From: an uncultured Clostridia bacterium
Lineage (GTDB): Bacteria; Acidobacteriota; Blastocatellia; UBA7656
Direction: 5' to 3'
NCBI GenBank assembly: GCA_964615905.1
Contig: CAZTUB010000002.1
Coordinates: 154,538 to 218,537, forward strand
Length of the DNA stretch: 64,000 nucleotides
Program-made: the position numbers and the translations under genes
In this document: positions 28,969 to 40,941 of the stretch, piece after piece
Numbering within the stretch: the stretch's first letter is position 1
Layout of the letters: the number at the start of each line of letters is the position of its first letter
Notes under the pieces: model-generated
Databases searched by the model: none
What the model was told of the DNA's origin: nothing
Seen by the model: only the letters and a program-made list of their open reading frames with translations

Positions 28969-29161
28969 TCAGCAGCAAACCGGGCGCGATTAATTTGAAT
29001 AAGACCGCCGAGCCGCTCCGTCCCGGTTCTCCAATCAGCCGGGCGTATTTGCGCCGCTCGCGCGCATAACTTTGTTGGATGGTTCGGGGTGAGCCTGTTA
29101 ATCTTTGGACTCGCCGTTTTGCGCTGGCGAACCGGAAAGCTAAAACCACCGAGGCGATTTT

Positions 29162-31369
29162 ATGCCCGACTTGAATGAGATGGATGGGCCTGTATCTGAA
29201 GGCTCTGAGTGGCCCGAAGTAAAGGGGCTACTTGTGACCGCGATCATCCTTGTGTTGGTCCAGGTCATGTTTCGCGCCGGGTTCTACATACAAAACCCGG
29301 CTCCGTTCTATCTTGTAGCCGTCGTCTTCGCGGTTTCGAGCGGCGGGCTGCGCTCCGGTTTTATAAGCGCGGCGCTTGTGCTTGGCCACGCGCTCTACTT
29401 CTTCTCAACCCACGGCAGGCTTTTTAATTACACGAACTATAACCTCTGGAATCTGGTGCTGCTCGCCGTGGCCGTTCCAATCGTGACGCTGATTGTAGGG
29501 TCGCTCAGGCAGCGCAAGCAGGCCGACCAGGCTCCAGAAGGCCTCTTGGCCCGCGAGCAGGCGGCGCGCGCCGAGGCTGAATCCGCTTATCGTCGCTCGG
29601 CTTTTCTGGCCGAAGCGAGCCAGGTGCTTTCGGGCTCGCTCGATTACGAAACGACGCTAAAGACGCTCGCGCGGTTCGCCGTGCCTCAATTTGCCGATTA
29701 CTGCATTGTCGAGCTGATCGAAGATGACAAGTCGCTGAGGCAAGTAGCTGTCGCTCACGTCGATCAGACACAGGAAGAGGCTCTCAGAGAGTTCCGCCGC
29801 CGCTACCCGTTCGATCCTGGTCTTCCGTACGGCTCGGCCAAAGTGGTGAGGACGGGCCAGCCCGACATTGTGTTTGATGTCAATCGCCCGTGGCTTGAGA
29901 CGTCCGCGCGTTCGCCTGAAAACCTCGACGACATGGCGCGTATCGGAATCGCCTCTTACATCTGCCTCCCGCTTAAAGCGCGCGGTCGATTGCTCGGCGT
30001 GATCTCAATGGCGATGAGCGTGTCGGGCCGCCACTATCAGCCTGAAGACCTATCGCTTGCCGAAGAGATGGCGCGGCGCGCGGCGCTCGCGGTCGATAAC
30101 GCGCGGCTCTACAGCGAAGCGCAGGAGGCCAACCGCGCAAAGGACGAGTTTTTGGCCACCGTATCGCACGAGCTGCGCACCCCGCTTAACGCCATACTCG
30201 GATGGACGCAGATTCTGCTCAGTCGCGAGCAAGACCCTGTCGCTCGCAGGGCGCTTGAGATCATGGAGCGCAACGCGAAAGCGCAGGCTCAGTTGATCGA
30301 AGATATACTCGACGCTTCGCGAGTCATCACAGGCAGGCTCAGGCTTGACATACGACCGGTCGATCTCACATCGATCACCCGCGCGGCTATCGAGACAGTG
30401 CGCCCGGCTGCTCGCGCTCAGGGAGTAGACCTTCAAACGAAGATCGACCCATCGGATTACACGGTGAACGGCGATGCGAATCGCTTGCAGCAGGTCTTCT
30501 GGAACCTGCTGACGAACGCCTTGAAGTTCACGCCGCCCGGCGGGACCGTCGAAGTAACGCTTCGTTCCTCGGATAGCGCGGACAGCCCGCAAGCGCAGCT
30601 TGTCATAACAGACACTGGCGACGGGATAAGCGCGCACTTTTTGCCTCACGTCTTTGACAGGTTCAGCCAGGCCGATTCCACAACCACAAGGCGGCACGGC
30701 GGCCTCGGGCTGGGGCTTGCGATAGTGCGCCATCTGGTAGAGATGCACGGGGGAACGGTCGAGGCCCACAGCGAGGGCGAAGGGCAGGGGGCGACCTTTA
30801 TAATCAACCTTCCTCTAGCTCAAGGCGAGAGCGGCGGCGACGGCGCGCGCGCGCAGGTTGCGCAAGATACTTATATGCTCGCTCAGTCGCAGGCGGCAGA
30901 GGACCGCAGCGCTGCTGAGCCCGGCGCAACCCCGAATGGCAACCCGGATATAGCCAGCGATAACGGGGAACGCTCCCGGTTGAAAGGTCTGAGCATACTC
31001 CTTGTTGATGACGACTCGGACACGCTTGAAATGCTTACGATGGTGCTTGAGCGTGCGGGCGCGGAAGTGATTCCTGCGCGGTCCGCACGCGAGGCGCTCG
31101 CCTCGTTTCAGCTATTGAAGCCAGGCGTGATCGTTTGCGACATAGGCATGCCGGACGAGGACGGCTACGAGTTGCTGTGCAAAATTCGAGAGGTCGAATC
31201 GGCTCAAGGCGAACGTGTGCCCGCCGTCGCGCTGACTGCTTATGCTCGTGCCGAAGACGGCGCTCGCGCGGCGCAGGCAGGGTTCGACAGGCACGTAGCC
31301 AAGCCTGTAGAGCCTGACGACCTGGTTTCGATAATCGCGAGCCTTGCAGACCGTGCTACCATCGCTTAG
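29162..31369 (+). CDS. Membrane GAF hybrid sensor histidine kinase/response regulator
   Basis: TM sensor, [32 protein letters not shown] and receiver (DD...D...K) motifs. Confidence 0.92.
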   Translation: MPDLNEMDGPVSEGSEWPEVKGLLVTAIILVLVQVMFRAGFYIQNPAPFYLVAVVFAVSSGGLRSGFISAALVLGHALYFFSTHGRLFNYTNYNLWNLVLLAVAVPIVTLIVGSLRQRKQADQAPEGLLAREQAARAEAESAYRRSAFLAEASQVLSGSLDYETTLKTLARFAVPQFADYCIVELIEDDKSLRQVAVAHVDQTQEEALREFRRRYPFDPGLPYGSAKVVRTGQPDIVFDVNRPWLETSARSPENLDDMARIGIASYICLPLKARGRLLGVISMAMSVSGRHYQPEDLSLAEEMARRAALAVDNARLYSEAQEANRAKDEFLATVSHELRTPLNAILGWTQILLSREQDPVARRALEIMERNAKAQAQLIEDILDASRVITGRLRLDIRPVDLTSITRAAIETVRPAARAQGVDLQTKIDPSDYTVNGDANRLQQVFWNLLTNALKFTPPGGTVEVTLRSSDSADSPQAQLVITDTGDGISAHFLPHVFDRFSQADSTTTRRHGGLGLGLAIVRHLVEMHGGTVEAHSEGEGQGATFIINLPLAQGESGGDGARAQVAQDTYMLAQSQAAEDRSAAEPGATPNGNPDIASDNGERSRLKGLSILLVDDDSDTLEMLTMVLERAGAEVIPARSAREALASFQLLKPGVIVCDIGMPDEDGYELLCKIREVESAQGERVPAVALTAYARAEDGARAAQAGFDRHVAKPVEPDDLVSIIASLADRATIA

Positions 31370-31380
31370 CTTCCAATTAC

Positions 31381-34137
31381 ATGAAGGTTATGTCCGAAAA
31401 CAGCCTGTTTAAACGCTACGGCGCGGCAGTCCTGGCCGTTATCCTGGCAACCGTGATTCGGCTGGCGCTCAACCCCGTGCTGGGAAACAGAATACCCTTT
31501 GCGACATATTTTCTGGCGATGGTCTTTGCGGCGTGGTACGCGGGGCTCGGCCCCGCGCTGGTGGCCCTAGCGCTTGGCACACTGGTCGGGGCGTACTTTT
31601 TCGTCCCCCCGGCAGATTCTCTTCTAATCACAGACGTTGCGGATCAAATATCCATATTCACCTTTGCGGTCATCGGCGTTGTGATAGCGCTGTTGAGCGA
31701 GGGGATGAACAGGGCGAGGGGCCGCATCGAGGAAGCCAATCGCGCGCTTGAGAGCAACAGGCAATGGCTCGCAACAACGCTGGCGAGCATCGGAGACGCC
31801 GTGATAGCTACGGACGCTCAGGGGGAGATCATTTTCATGAACCCCGTTGCCGAAGCCGCGACCGGGTGGAGGAGGGAAGAGGCCGCAGGGATGCCGCTTG
31901 ACGAGGTATTCAAGATCGTCAACGAGCAGTCGCGCGCGACGGTCGAAAGCCCCATATCAAAAGTCTTGCGCGAAGGGCGCGTGGTCGGGCTTGCGAACCA
32001 CACAGTCCTGCTGACCAAAGACGGGCGCGAGATACCGATAGACGACAGCGGCGCACCCATCAGGGATAAGGCCGGGAATATAAGCGGCGTCGTTTTAATC
32101 TTCCGCGATATTCAAGAGCGCAGGCGGGCCGAAGAAGCCGCCCGCGAGAGCGAAGAGCGTTTCCGCACGCTGGCAAACTCGGCCCCTGTGCTCGTGTGGA
32201 TGGCCGACCCTGAAGGGCAGCGCAACTTCTTCAACAAGCCGTGGCTTGAGTTCACGGGGCGCACGGTTGAACAGGAGGTAGGCAACGGATGGGTGGAACT
32301 GGTCCACCCTGATGATGCCGAGCGCGTGCTGGCCACATACAAGGAATCGTTTGGCTCGCGGTCGAGCTTCAATATGGAGTACCGGTTGAAGCGCAAAGAC
32401 GGCCAGTACCGGTGGATGCTCGTCCACGGCGTCCCGCTCTACAAGCCCGACGGGAGGTTCACAGGGTTCATAGGCTCGTGCATGGACATGACCGAGATCA
32501 AGGAGACCGAAGACGAGAGGTCGCGGTTGATCTCGGAGCTTCAAAACGAGCGGCAGCGCGTAAACAACATCGTGGCTACCGTGCCGGGCGTGGTATGGGA
32601 GGCATGGGGGCAGCCGGATGAAAAAGGGCAGCGGATAAATTTTGTTAGCGATTATGTCGAGCCCATGCTCGGTTACAGCGTCAAAGAATGGCTTGCAACG
32701 CCGAACTTCTGGCTGGCGATAGTCCACCAGGACGACCGCGAGCGGGCCGCCGGCGAAGCCTCTGCGATATTCGCGGGCAAGAAGCAGGGCACGAGCGAGT
32801 TCCGATGGGTCGCAAAAGACGGCCGCGTTCTCTGGGTGGAATCGCAATCGATAGTCGTCTTGGACGACGCGGGGGACCCTGTCGGTATGCGCGGCGTCAG
32901 CATCGACGTGACCAAGCGCAAGCAGGTGGAGGAAGAGCTTGAACGGCTTCTCGTGCGCGAGCAGGCGGCCCGCGCTCAGGCCGAAGCCGCCAACCGCGCA
33001 AAGGACGAGTTTTTGGCCACCGTATCGCACGAGCTGCGCACCCCGCTTAACGCCATACTCGGATGGACGCGCATGCTCAGAATGGGGACGCTCGATGAAG
33101 CGACCTCCCGCCGCGCGCTTGAGACTGTCGAGCGCAACGCGAAATCTCAGACACAGTTGATCGAAGATATACTCGACGTTTCGCGCATCATCACAGGGCA
33201 ATTGCGACTCGATGTTTACAGCATCGATCTTCGTTCGGTGATTGAGGAGGCGGTCGATTCCGTGCGCCCGGCCGCCGAAGCAAAAGATATAAAGATCAAG
33301 TTGATGCTCGATCCGAGCGCAGGCCCGGTGCTCGGCGATGCCAGCCGTTTGCAGCAGATCGTCTGGAACCTTGTCTCAAACGCCGTGAAATTCACCCCCA
33401 GGGGCGGGCGCGTAGAGGTCGGGCTCGAAAGGGCCAACTCACAAGTGCAGATCATCGTAAGCGACACGGGTCGCGGGATAAGCGCGGAGTTTTTGCCTTT
33501 CGTCTTTGACAGGTTCCGGCAGGCCGACTCCACGACTACAAGAAAGTTTGGCGGCCTCGGGCTGGGGCTTGCGATAGTGCGCCATCTGGTAGAGATGCAC
33601 GGGGGAACGGTCGAGGCCCGCAGCGAGGGCGAAGATCGAGGCGCGACTTTCATAGCCAAGCTGCCGTTGATGGCAGTCCGAAACAGGCCCGACGTGAACA
33701 ATCAATACGTGCAGCACGCTCAGCCAGTCCTCTCGCTGCGCCTTGACGGGTTGCGCGTGCTCGCCGTAGACGACGAGCCCGATGCGCGCGACCTGCTGGC
33801 CGTAGCGCTCGCGCAGTACGGCGCGCGGGTGCGAGTCTCTGCGTCGGCCGACGAGGCGCTCGCGGTTTTAGACGAGTGGAATCCTGATGTGCTCGTGTCG
33901 GATATAGAGATGCCCGGCCAGGACGGTTACCAGTTGATACGCGCGGTCAGGGCTCGCGACCGTCAGCGCGGCGGCGAGACCCCTGCCATTGCGCTCACGG
34001 CCTACGCGCACACCTCCGACCGCATTCGCGCGCTGGCCTCGGGCTTTCAACAATACGTCGCCAAGCCGGTTGATATAACCGAGCTGATCACGGTGATAGC
34101 AGCGGTCGCCGCAGACGGGAACGGTCGCGAGGTCTAA
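31381..34137 (+). CDS. DUF4118/PAS-PAC x3 hybrid sensor histidine kinase/response regulator
   Basis: N-terminal TM helices, three PAS/PAC segments (IGDAVIATD; WVELVHPDD; IVHQDD), HisKA, HATPase and receiver. Confidence 0.92.
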   Translation: MKVMSENSLFKRYGAAVLAVILATVIRLALNPVLGNRIPFATYFLAMVFAAWYAGLGPALVALALGTLVGAYFFVPPADSLLITDVADQISIFTFAVIGVVIALLSEGMNRARGRIEEANRALESNRQWLATTLASIGDAVIATDAQGEIIFMNPVAEAATGWRREEAAGMPLDEVFKIVNEQSRATVESPISKVLREGRVVGLANHTVLLTKDGREIPIDDSGAPIRDKAGNISGVVLIFRDIQERRRAEEAARESEERFRTLANSAPVLVWMADPEGQRNFFNKPWLEFTGRTVEQEVGNGWVELVHPDDAERVLATYKESFGSRSSFNMEYRLKRKDGQYRWMLVHGVPLYKPDGRFTGFIGSCMDMTEIKETEDERSRLISELQNERQRVNNIVATVPGVVWEAWGQPDEKGQRINFVSDYVEPMLGYSVKEWLATPNFWLAIVHQDDRERAAGEASAIFAGKKQGTSEFRWVAKDGRVLWVESQSIVVLDDAGDPVGMRGVSIDVTKRKQVEEELERLLVREQAARAQAEAANRAKDEFLATVSHELRTPLNAILGWTRMLRMGTLDEATSRRALETVERNAKSQTQLIEDILDVSRIITGQLRLDVYSIDLRSVIEEAVDSVRPAAEAKDIKIKLMLDPSAGPVLGDASRLQQIVWNLVSNAVKFTPRGGRVEVGLERANSQVQIIVSDTGRGISAEFLPFVFDRFRQADSTTTRKFGGLGLGLAIVRHLVEMHGGTVEARSEGEDRGATFIAKLPLMAVRNRPDVNNQYVQHAQPVLSLRLDGLRVLAVDDEPDARDLLAVALAQYGARVRVSASADEALAVLDEWNPDVLVSDIEMPGQDGYQLIRAVRARDRQRGGETPAIALTAYAHTSDRIRALASGFQQYVAKPVDITELITVIAAVAADGNGREV

Positions 34138-34880
34138 CGCTTCTGGTCGCCTTGTCGAAAGTCGGCGACGAGCGGGAGGTGGTCGCTCGCGATGAGCGCC
34201 GTGCGGCTCTTGTGCAGGTGGAGTTTTTCCATTTCGAGCGACTCGTCAAAATAGATGTGATCGAGGTGCAGGAAAGGCAGCACTCCCGGATATGTCTTTG
34301 TACGTTGCAGGTGGATCTTTACGTCCGCGCTTCGCATGTGAGCCGCCAGAAGCTTTGTCGCAAGCCCGCGAGTCCACTCGTTAAAATCGCCGAGCATGAT
34401 GCGCGGCCCGCGCAGCTCTTCGTTATGAAGTATGGCCGTGTCTATCAACCTGCGCGCCTGGTAGCGGCGCTCAAGAAAGGCCGTCCCCAGGTGCACATTA
34501 AAGACGTGGACGAGGCCAATCGGGCCTGCCTCAACGTCGGCGCGCAGGCAGCCGCGTTGCTCGCGCCCGCGAATGCTTATGTCGTAATTGCGCGCAGATT
34601 GCACGGGGAAGCGGCTTAACAAGATGTTGCCGTAATCGCCGCCTTTGTGTTTTCGATTCACCCCCAGCGAGAGGTTGAGCCCCATCTCCTCGGCTATGAA
34701 CCGGGCCTGGTCATGTTCGCGCGGGCCTTCGCCTACGCTCAAGACCTCTTGAAGCGCGATGATGTCTGCGTCAAGCTCGCGCAAGACCTCTACTATGCGA
34801 TCAGGCCGCACGCGGCGGTCCAGCCCGCGACACCTGTGAATGTTATAAGTGACTACCCGTACCCTTTGACCGTTGTTCAT
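34134..34880 (-). CDS. Endonuclease/exonuclease/phosphatase family protein (YbhP-like)
   Basis: TYNIH, IALQEV, GDFNEW, LDHIY and ASDHLP motifs. Paired with clsB as in the known ybhP-clsB arrangement. Confidence 0.9.
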   Translation of the reverse strand: MNNGQRVRVVTYNIHRCRGLDRRVRPDRIVEVLRELDADIIALQEVLSVGEGPREHDQARFIAEEMGLNLSLGVNRKHKGGDYGNILLSRFPVQSARNYDISIRGREQRGCLRADVEAGPIGLVHVFNVHLGTAFLERRYQARRLIDTAILHNEELRGPRIMLGDFNEWTRGLATKLLAAHMRSADVKIHLQRTKTYPGVLPFLHLDHIYFDESLEMEKLHLHKSRTALIASDHLPLVADFRQGDQKR

Positions 34881-34909
34881 GGCTTTAAAATCTCAATCGC
34901 CGAACCCGC

Positions 34910-36190
34910 TCATTGCTGGCGCTCAAGTATGCGGCCAAGCCATTCGTGTATGCGCTCGAATATAGAGCGGCTGCTCCACTTTCGATAAGTCACCTTTCGG
35001 CTCACAGCCAGGTCTGTCGCAAAGTCTTCCGCGAGCCGCGCGGCCAGCCCCTTGTCATTTGCGGCAAGGTTGACCTCGTCATTTATGCTGAACGAGCGAT
35101 GATCGAAGTTTGTCGAGCCTACGACGCTCCACACATCGTCTATGACCATAGACTTTGTGTGGATCATGCCGCGCTGGTACTCGTAAATCTCCGCGCCCGC
35201 GCGCAGTAGCGAGCCGAAAAGCCTGCGGCTCGACCGCCGCGTGAGCAGGTGATCCGAATGCTTGCCGGGGGTGATGATCTTGACCGCCACCCCGCGCTCT
35301 TTCATCGCCTTCACAAGTTCCTTGCGCACGGATGCGTCGGGCAGAAAGTAAGGCGTCGTGATGAGTATGCTCTTGCGCGCCGAAGCCATCAGCGTTTGAT
35401 AAAGCATTCGAGCGCGGGTCGATTGGCCGGCCGAGGGCGAGCTGTCGATCACAAGCGTCTTTATATCACCGGCGCGCTCGCAAAAAGGGAAGTACGATTC
35501 GTCGACCAGCACGCAGCCCGACGCTTCGACCCAGTTCTCGACGAACGCAGATTGCAAGCTCGTGACCGACCCGCCTTCGACCCGGAACATGGTGTCGCGC
35601 CAGCGCGGGCGTTTGCCCTGCGCTTTGTACCAGTGGTCGGCTATCCCCGACCCGCCTGTGAACCCTATGCGCCCGTCTATGACAATAATCTCGCGGTGCG
35701 TGCGGTTGTTGATGCGCGGAAAGGTATGCAGGCGAAACGGGTGATACCAGGCGATCTGGCCGCCCGCATCCGTCAACGGTTTGAAGAAGCTGTTCCAGGT
35801 CGCGAAGCTTCCGATAGCGTCGACGGTGACGTGGACGCGAACGCCCGCGCGCGCGCGTTCGGCGAGCGCCTCGACGAAACGGCTGCCGATCTCGCCTTTC
35901 TGAAAGATATAAGCTTCGATATGGATGCTGGACCGAGCGTTGCGTATCGCTTCGAGCTCCGCCTCGTAATAGACCTCGCTGTTGGTCAGCACCTCGACCT
36001 TGTCGTGCCTGTGAATCTGCGCGTCGGCCAGCGCGCCCAGTATGCAGAGAAACTCGTCCGAATCGATGGGAACGTCAGGCGGCCTTTCGATCTTGTAAGG
36101 CAGATGCGGCTCGAACAGCGCCAGAAAGAGCGTTAGACTCAAAAATGCAATCGCTATCAGTGATATGACTTGATACCACGTTGAATCCAT
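34910..36190 (-). CDS. clsB: Cardiolipin synthase (phospholipase D family, ClsB-like)
   Basis: Two HKD-type motifs (RTHREIIVIDG, which is variant, and MIHTKSMVIDD), GSTNFD, TTPYFLP. Confidence 0.85.
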   Translation of the reverse strand: MDSTWYQVISLIAIAFLSLTLFLALFEPHLPYKIERPPDVPIDSDEFLCILGALADAQIHRHDKVEVLTNSEVYYEAELEAIRNARSSIHIEAYIFQKGEIGSRFVEALAERARAGVRVHVTVDAIGSFATWNSFFKPLTDAGGQIAWYHPFRLHTFPRINNRTHREIIVIDGRIGFTGGSGIADHWYKAQGKRPRWRDTMFRVEGGSVTSLQSAFVENWVEASGCVLVDESYFPFCERAGDIKTLVIDSSPSAGQSTRARMLYQTLMASARKSILITTPYFLPDASVRKELVKAMKERGVAVKIITPGKHSDHLLTRRSSRRLFGSLLRAGAEIYEYQRGMIHTKSMVIDDVWSVVGSTNFDHRSFSINDEVNLAANDKGLAARLAEDFATDLAVSRKVTYRKWSSRSIFERIHEWLGRILERQQ

Positions 36191-36258
36191 TCTGGTTATA
36201 GATTACCCAACATCGGCCGTTTAATCCACCCTTTTACATTTCGCCGCCGGGGAAATGG

Positions 36259-38691
36259 TTATTCGTGACGCAAAGCCTCCATCGGGTCAACCCTTGTCGC
36301 GCGGCGAGCCGGAACGTAGCAGGCCACGAGCGCCACGACCGCGAGCAGGAGCGAGACGCTCGTAAACGTGACGGGGTCTGTCGCTGAGATTCCGAATATC
36401 ATCTCCGACATCACGCGCGTCAACGCAAAGGCCCCCGCGAGCCCGAACGCGACGCCCGCGATTATCAAGGTCGCCCCCTGTCCGACGACGAGCTTGAATA
36501 TGTCGCGCGGGCTGGCGCCTAACGCCATGCGAATGCCGATCTCGTGCGTCCGCTGCGCGACCGCATAAGAGATCACCGCGTAGATTCCTACGGCTGCCAG
36601 CAGCAGCGCTATCAGCGCAAAGATTGCGAGCACCCAGGTCATCAGCCGTTTCGTCGAGCTGCGCTCGTCTATGACCTGGGTCATCGTCTTGATGTCGGAG
36701 ATCGGCTGGTCCGGGTCGAGCCCGGCGACGTAACCGCGCACCGCCGCCGCCACCTGCTCGGAATCCGACTCCGCGCGGATTATAAGCATCATCGAGCGCG
36801 CGGGATTCTGCGCGTAAGGTAGATAGACGTACGGCTCGGCCGGATCGTCCAGGTCTTCGTTCATAACATTTGCCACGACGCCTATGACTTCGGGCGGATG
36901 ATCGTTGTCAATCACGATCCGCTGCCCAATCGCGTCACGGTCGGCAAGAAAGCGGCTGGCGAAGGCTTCATTGACCAGAATGACGCGCGACGACTGCTCG
37001 TTGTCCTGTTCGGTAAAGAGTCGCCCCCTGCGGAGCGGCGTGCCGATGGCGGCGAAGTATTCGTGCGTGACTACGCGTGTTTGAGTTAGCGGCTGCGAGC
37101 CCTTGGGGTAAGGCGGCTGGCCCGCGATTTGAAAGGAGCTGATCTGGTTTGTGCCGCTCATCGGCAGCAGGTTGATCGCCCCGGCAGAGACTACGCCGGG
37201 AGACGCTTTTACACCCGCGAGCAGTTCACTATAAAAATTGATTCGCTGTTTCGCCTCAGGGTACTTGTCGCGCGCAAGGGCAACCTTCATGCTCACGACG
37301 TTGTCAGGGTTGATTCCGAAATCGGTTCGGAATATTTCGATAAAGCTGCGGATCATAAGCCCCGCGCCTACGAGCAAGACTAGCGACAGCGCGACCTCTG
37401 AGACTACGAGCGCGCTCCGCAGCCATGAGCGCGACGCTTGCCCGGCAGCAGCTTTACCGCCCTCTTTCAACGCGTCGTTGAAGTTTGTCCTTGTCGCCTG
37501 CCACGCAGGCACAAGGCCGAACAGTATGCCCGTAAAGACGGACATAATCAGCGTAAAGACCAGCCCCGACCGGTTGATCGCAAAATGGCTCCAGCCGGGT
37601 ATAAATTTAGAGAAGTCTTCCGGGATGCTGTTGGCCAGCAGTTCGACGCTCCAGATTGAAATCACAAACCCTAAAGCTCCGCCTGCAAGCGCGAGCAACA
37701 CGCTCTCTGTTAGAAGCTGGCGGGCGAGACGACCGCGAGTCGCTCCGAGCGCCAACCGCACGGCGATCTCCTTTTGACGCGACGAAGCGCGAATGAGCAG
37801 CAGGTTTGCGACGTTTGCGCAGGCGATCAGCAGTACGAACAGGACCGCTCCGCTGGCTATCGGCAGACCCATACGAGCGCCGCGCGTCGCATCGGCGTTT
37901 AGCGAGACTACGGCTGCGGTCCTGCCTCCATTCGTATCGGGGTAGATTTGCTGCAAGCGGTCGGCGAGGGCTCGAATCTCCGCGTCGGCCTGCTCAATAG
38001 CGACGCCGGGTTTGAGCAAGCCTAAAACCTGCAAGTAGTGGTTGCCGCGATTTGCGGCCGCCTGCTGATCGAATACAAGCGGCGTCCACAGCTCACCGCC
38101 GTTGTAAGGGAACTGAAAATCCTCCGGCATCACTCCTATCACGGTGAAGCTCTTGCCGTTGAGCGTGACAACCTGGCCCAGGACGTTCGGGTCGGAACCG
38201 AAGCGGCGCTGCCACAGGCTATGTTTTAAGACAACTACCTGCTCGCGGCCCGCGCCGCTCTCGTCACGCTGGAACGTGCGGCCAAGCGCCGCTTTCACTC
38301 CGAGCGTGTCAAAGAAACCCGCAGAGACTTCATAGCCCGCAAACCTTTCGGGCCTGTCGCCGCCGGTCAGATCGAAGTCGCGTGTATTTATCGCCGCAAA
38401 CTCTTCGATGGTGCTGCTCTGCTCGCTCCAATCTTTGAGGTTGCCGGGCGAAACCGACCCGCGCCTGATGCCGAACTCGGGGTTGCGCTCCCAGATTATC
38501 ACCAGGCGGTCCTGGTTGGGGAACGAGAACGGCCGAAGCATCAGCGTGTCGACCGCGCTGAAGATCGTCGTGTTCGCGCCGATGCCCAGCGCAAGCGTTA
38601 CCACAATCACGAAAGTAACGCCCGGATTTTTCAACAGCATTCGCACGCCGTAGCGCAGGTCTTGACCGAGGGTTTCCAGATAATTGCCCAT
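36259..38691 (-). CDS. ADOP-type duplicated ABC (MacB/FtsX-like) permease
   Basis: QDLRYGVRMLLKNPG, LLIACANVANLLL, EIAVRLALGA, QRTHEIGIRMALGA and PARRATRVDPMEALRHE motifs. Confidence 0.92.
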   Translation of the reverse strand: MGNYLETLGQDLRYGVRMLLKNPGVTFVIVVTLALGIGANTTIFSAVDTLMLRPFSFPNQDRLVIIWERNPEFGIRRGSVSPGNLKDWSEQSSTIEEFAAINTRDFDLTGGDRPERFAGYEVSAGFFDTLGVKAALGRTFQRDESGAGREQVVVLKHSLWQRRFGSDPNVLGQVVTLNGKSFTVIGVMPEDFQFPYNGGELWTPLVFDQQAAANRGNHYLQVLGLLKPGVAIEQADAEIRALADRLQQIYPDTNGGRTAAVVSLNADATRGARMGLPIASGAVLFVLLIACANVANLLLIRASSRQKEIAVRLALGATRGRLARQLLTESVLLALAGGALGFVISIWSVELLANSIPEDFSKFIPGWSHFAINRSGLVFTLIMSVFTGILFGLVPAWQATRTNFNDALKEGGKAAAGQASRSWLRSALVVSEVALSLVLLVGAGLMIRSFIEIFRTDFGINPDNVVSMKVALARDKYPEAKQRINFYSELLAGVKASPGVVSAGAINLLPMSGTNQISSFQIAGQPPYPKGSQPLTQTRVVTHEYFAAIGTPLRRGRLFTEQDNEQSSRVILVNEAFASRFLADRDAIGQRIVIDNDHPPEVIGVVANVMNEDLDDPAEPYVYLPYAQNPARSMMLIIRAESDSEQVAAAVRGYVAGLDPDQPISDIKTMTQVIDERSSTKRLMTWVLAIFALIALLLAAVGIYAVISYAVAQRTHEIGIRMALGASPRDIFKLVVGQGATLIIAGVAFGLAGAFALTRVMSEMIFGISATDPVTFTSVSLLLAVVALVACYVPARRATRVDPMEALRHE

Positions 38692-38873
38692 CCTGACCTC
38701 CCGAACTGTCTCTTTATCTTCTCTACGCCATCCCTGTGGCCAAGGTTGCGCCGCAGGCCGAAAAAATAGACCGGCCGCAGATTGCTGTCGCGCGGCGATC
38801 ATAGAATCAGGCAGCTTCAAGCCTCGCGCCTCGTCGCGTGTGATCGATACGGGTATGCTCTTGTTTTAATCTG

Positions 38874-39623
38874 TTAGAAGCCGATCACTGTATAGAGCGC
38901 CGCGCCGATAATGCCGCCGATAATCGGGGCGATCACCGGTATCCAGAAATAGCCCCAATCGGCAGCGCCTTTGCCGGCGATAGGCAGGAGCGCATATGCC
39001 AGGCGCGGCCCAAGGTCGCGCGCAGGGTTGATGGCATAACCGGTCGGGCCTCCCAGTGACAGGCCTATGCTCCACACGAGACAGCCGACAAGGATTGGTT
39101 GCAGACCGTGGCTGAAGACGACCGAGAGGTTTACATCGCCGGGCGTGGCAAGTTTTTGCGCATTGGCCGCGATTGCCAGCACGCCGAAAAGGAATAACGC
39201 CGTGCCGATCACTTCCGAGATAAAGTTAGAGAACGGGCGGCGGATCGCAGGCCCTGTTGCAAAGACCGCTAGCTTTACACCGGGGTCTTCCGTCTCGGCC
39301 CAGTGCGGCAGATATGCTACCCAAACGACCACGGCGCCGAGAAACGCTCCCACAAGTTGCGCAAGCAAATAACCCGGCACCTCCGACCAGGGGAACGCGC
39401 CGATGGTAGCAAGCGACACGGTCACGGCCGGGTTGAGGTGCGCGCCGCTTATCCGCCCGACGCAGAAGACTGCGATGATGACGGCAAGCGCCCAGCCGGT
39501 CGTGATTGCCATCCACCCTGCGTTCTGGCCTTTCGATTTATTGAGCAAGACGTTGGCAACGACCCCGTCGCCCAGAATTAACAGGATCATCGTCCCGACA
39601 GCTTCAGCAAGATAGTTTGTCAT
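38874..39623 (-). CDS. glpF: MIP family glycerol uptake facilitator
   Basis: Two NPA motifs (HLNPAVT; AINPARD) and glycerol-type GPTGY. Confidence 0.9.
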   Translation of the reverse strand: MTNYLAEAVGTMILLILGDGVVANVLLNKSKGQNAGWMAITTGWALAVIIAVFCVGRISGAHLNPAVTVSLATIGAFPWSEVPGYLLAQLVGAFLGAVVVWVAYLPHWAETEDPGVKLAVFATGPAIRRPFSNFISEVIGTALFLFGVLAIAANAQKLATPGDVNLSVVFSHGLQPILVGCLVWSIGLSLGGPTGYAINPARDLGPRLAYALLPIAGKGAADWGYFWIPVIAPIIGGIIGAALYTVIGF

Positions 39624-39749
39624 TTCGCCAGTTAGGTTGCAGCCCGCAGCCGCGCTCAGACCGGCGACCGCTTTGAAGGCTCGGTTGTAGGGCCAAACGT
39701 CAAGTCAAACTAAGTGAAGTTAAACAAAGGCGCGGGCGCGCTCTGCCTT

Positions 39750-40106
39750 CTACTTCGTATAAGTGTCTGCGCCAAGAAAGTGTATAGAGATATAAGGCTC
39801 ATCTCCCACCACCCAGCTGTCGTGCGCTTCGGGTGGAACGTAAAAGATAGTTCCTGGGCCGAATTCGTAGGTTTCGCCGTCCCGCATTGCCGCTGTTGCT
39901 CTTCCAGATACAACCATCCCGACGTGCTCCACCTCGCAGAAGGCCGTCCCTGCGATGGGGCTCACGTGTTCCGACCATCTCCACCCCGGCTCGTATGTCG
40001 CGCGCCCGATGGTGACGGGGCCGACCCGCACGATTTCGAACCTCCCCTTCTCGAACACGCGCACCTCGTCGGGGTTCTCGAACCGCTTCAAGACCACTTC
40101 AAGCAT
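39750..40106 (-). CDS. Cupin domain protein
   Basis: PGWRWSEHV...CEVEHVG...PPEAHDSWVVG motifs. Confidence 0.85.
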   Translation of the reverse strand: MLEVVLKRFENPDEVRVFEKGRFEIVRVGPVTIGRATYEPGWRWSEHVSPIAGTAFCEVEHVGMVVSGRATAAMRDGETYEFGPGTIFYVPPEAHDSWVVGDEPYISIHFLGADTYTK

Positions 40107-40202
40107 GGGGCCTCTCCGTTTGCAGTAGATTGCTCGTCCGTGATCTTATACTCGGAACCGGTGAAATCATCAACCGGCCAGGAGCCGCTTCTCTTGAATT
40201 AC

Positions 40203-40667
40203 TCAGCAGCCGCACAGACCCGTGGCGTTGACTTTGCCTATCGTCCCGTCGTGCGTAACCGTGATGACTGCGGAATAATGTGCGACCTCGCACGCCTCAT
40301 CATCGGGGTCGCAGACTTTCGTTACGACGTATTCGACCTCGACCTTAGTCTTCGCGGCTTCATAGACCTCTTTCCACTTCGCGCCGACTTTCAAGCTCTC
40401 TTGCGGCAGGTTGTTTGTGGTCTGCTTCAAGGTCATGTCTTTGCCGTTTATATTTACCTGCGCGCTGCCGTCCACGTCGGCAACGAAGACGTATTTTTCG
40501 TTCTTCAGCTTGGTATCCTTAGGCAATTGCAGATAGCACCCGCACCCGTCCGAGATCGGCTTTTTGATGACGCCAATCGTCAAAGGCCTGCCCGCATCGG
40601 CGGTTGATCCATACGCCAGCAACGCGACCATCGACAGTAAGAATGTTCTTTTCGCCATGTTCTTCAT
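40203..40667 (-). CDS. Exported Cys-containing hypothetical protein
   Basis: Signal peptide; CGC, CDPDDEAC and terminal LCGC motifs. Confidence 0.7.
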   Translation of the reverse strand: MKNMAKRTFLLSMVALLAYGSTADAGRPLTIGVIKKPISDGCGCYLQLPKDTKLKNEKYVFVADVDGSAQVNINGKDMTLKQTTNNLPQESLKVGAKWKEVYEAAKTKVEVEYVVTKVCDPDDEACEVAHYSAVITVTHDGTIGKVNATGLCGC

Positions 40668-40941
40668 AACTTTGATCTACTTCCTTATAAAATCCGCCCA
40701 GTAAATCTTGCGACCCGGCTCGTAGCTCTTACAAGCCGGGCATCTGCTTCATCAGCACAACGCGAAGTTTAACCTGAGCGGCCTTGATCTGCCAATTAAG
40801 AGAGATTGTCGGTGTAGCAGGCGTGGTCTCGCTCATCGAGCAGGGATTCAAAGCGTTTAAACACAACCTCGGCAAGCTCCTTCATATCGAACGCCCCACG
40901 ACACTCGAAAAAGCTGCATATACGGTAAAGCGCGATCCGGC

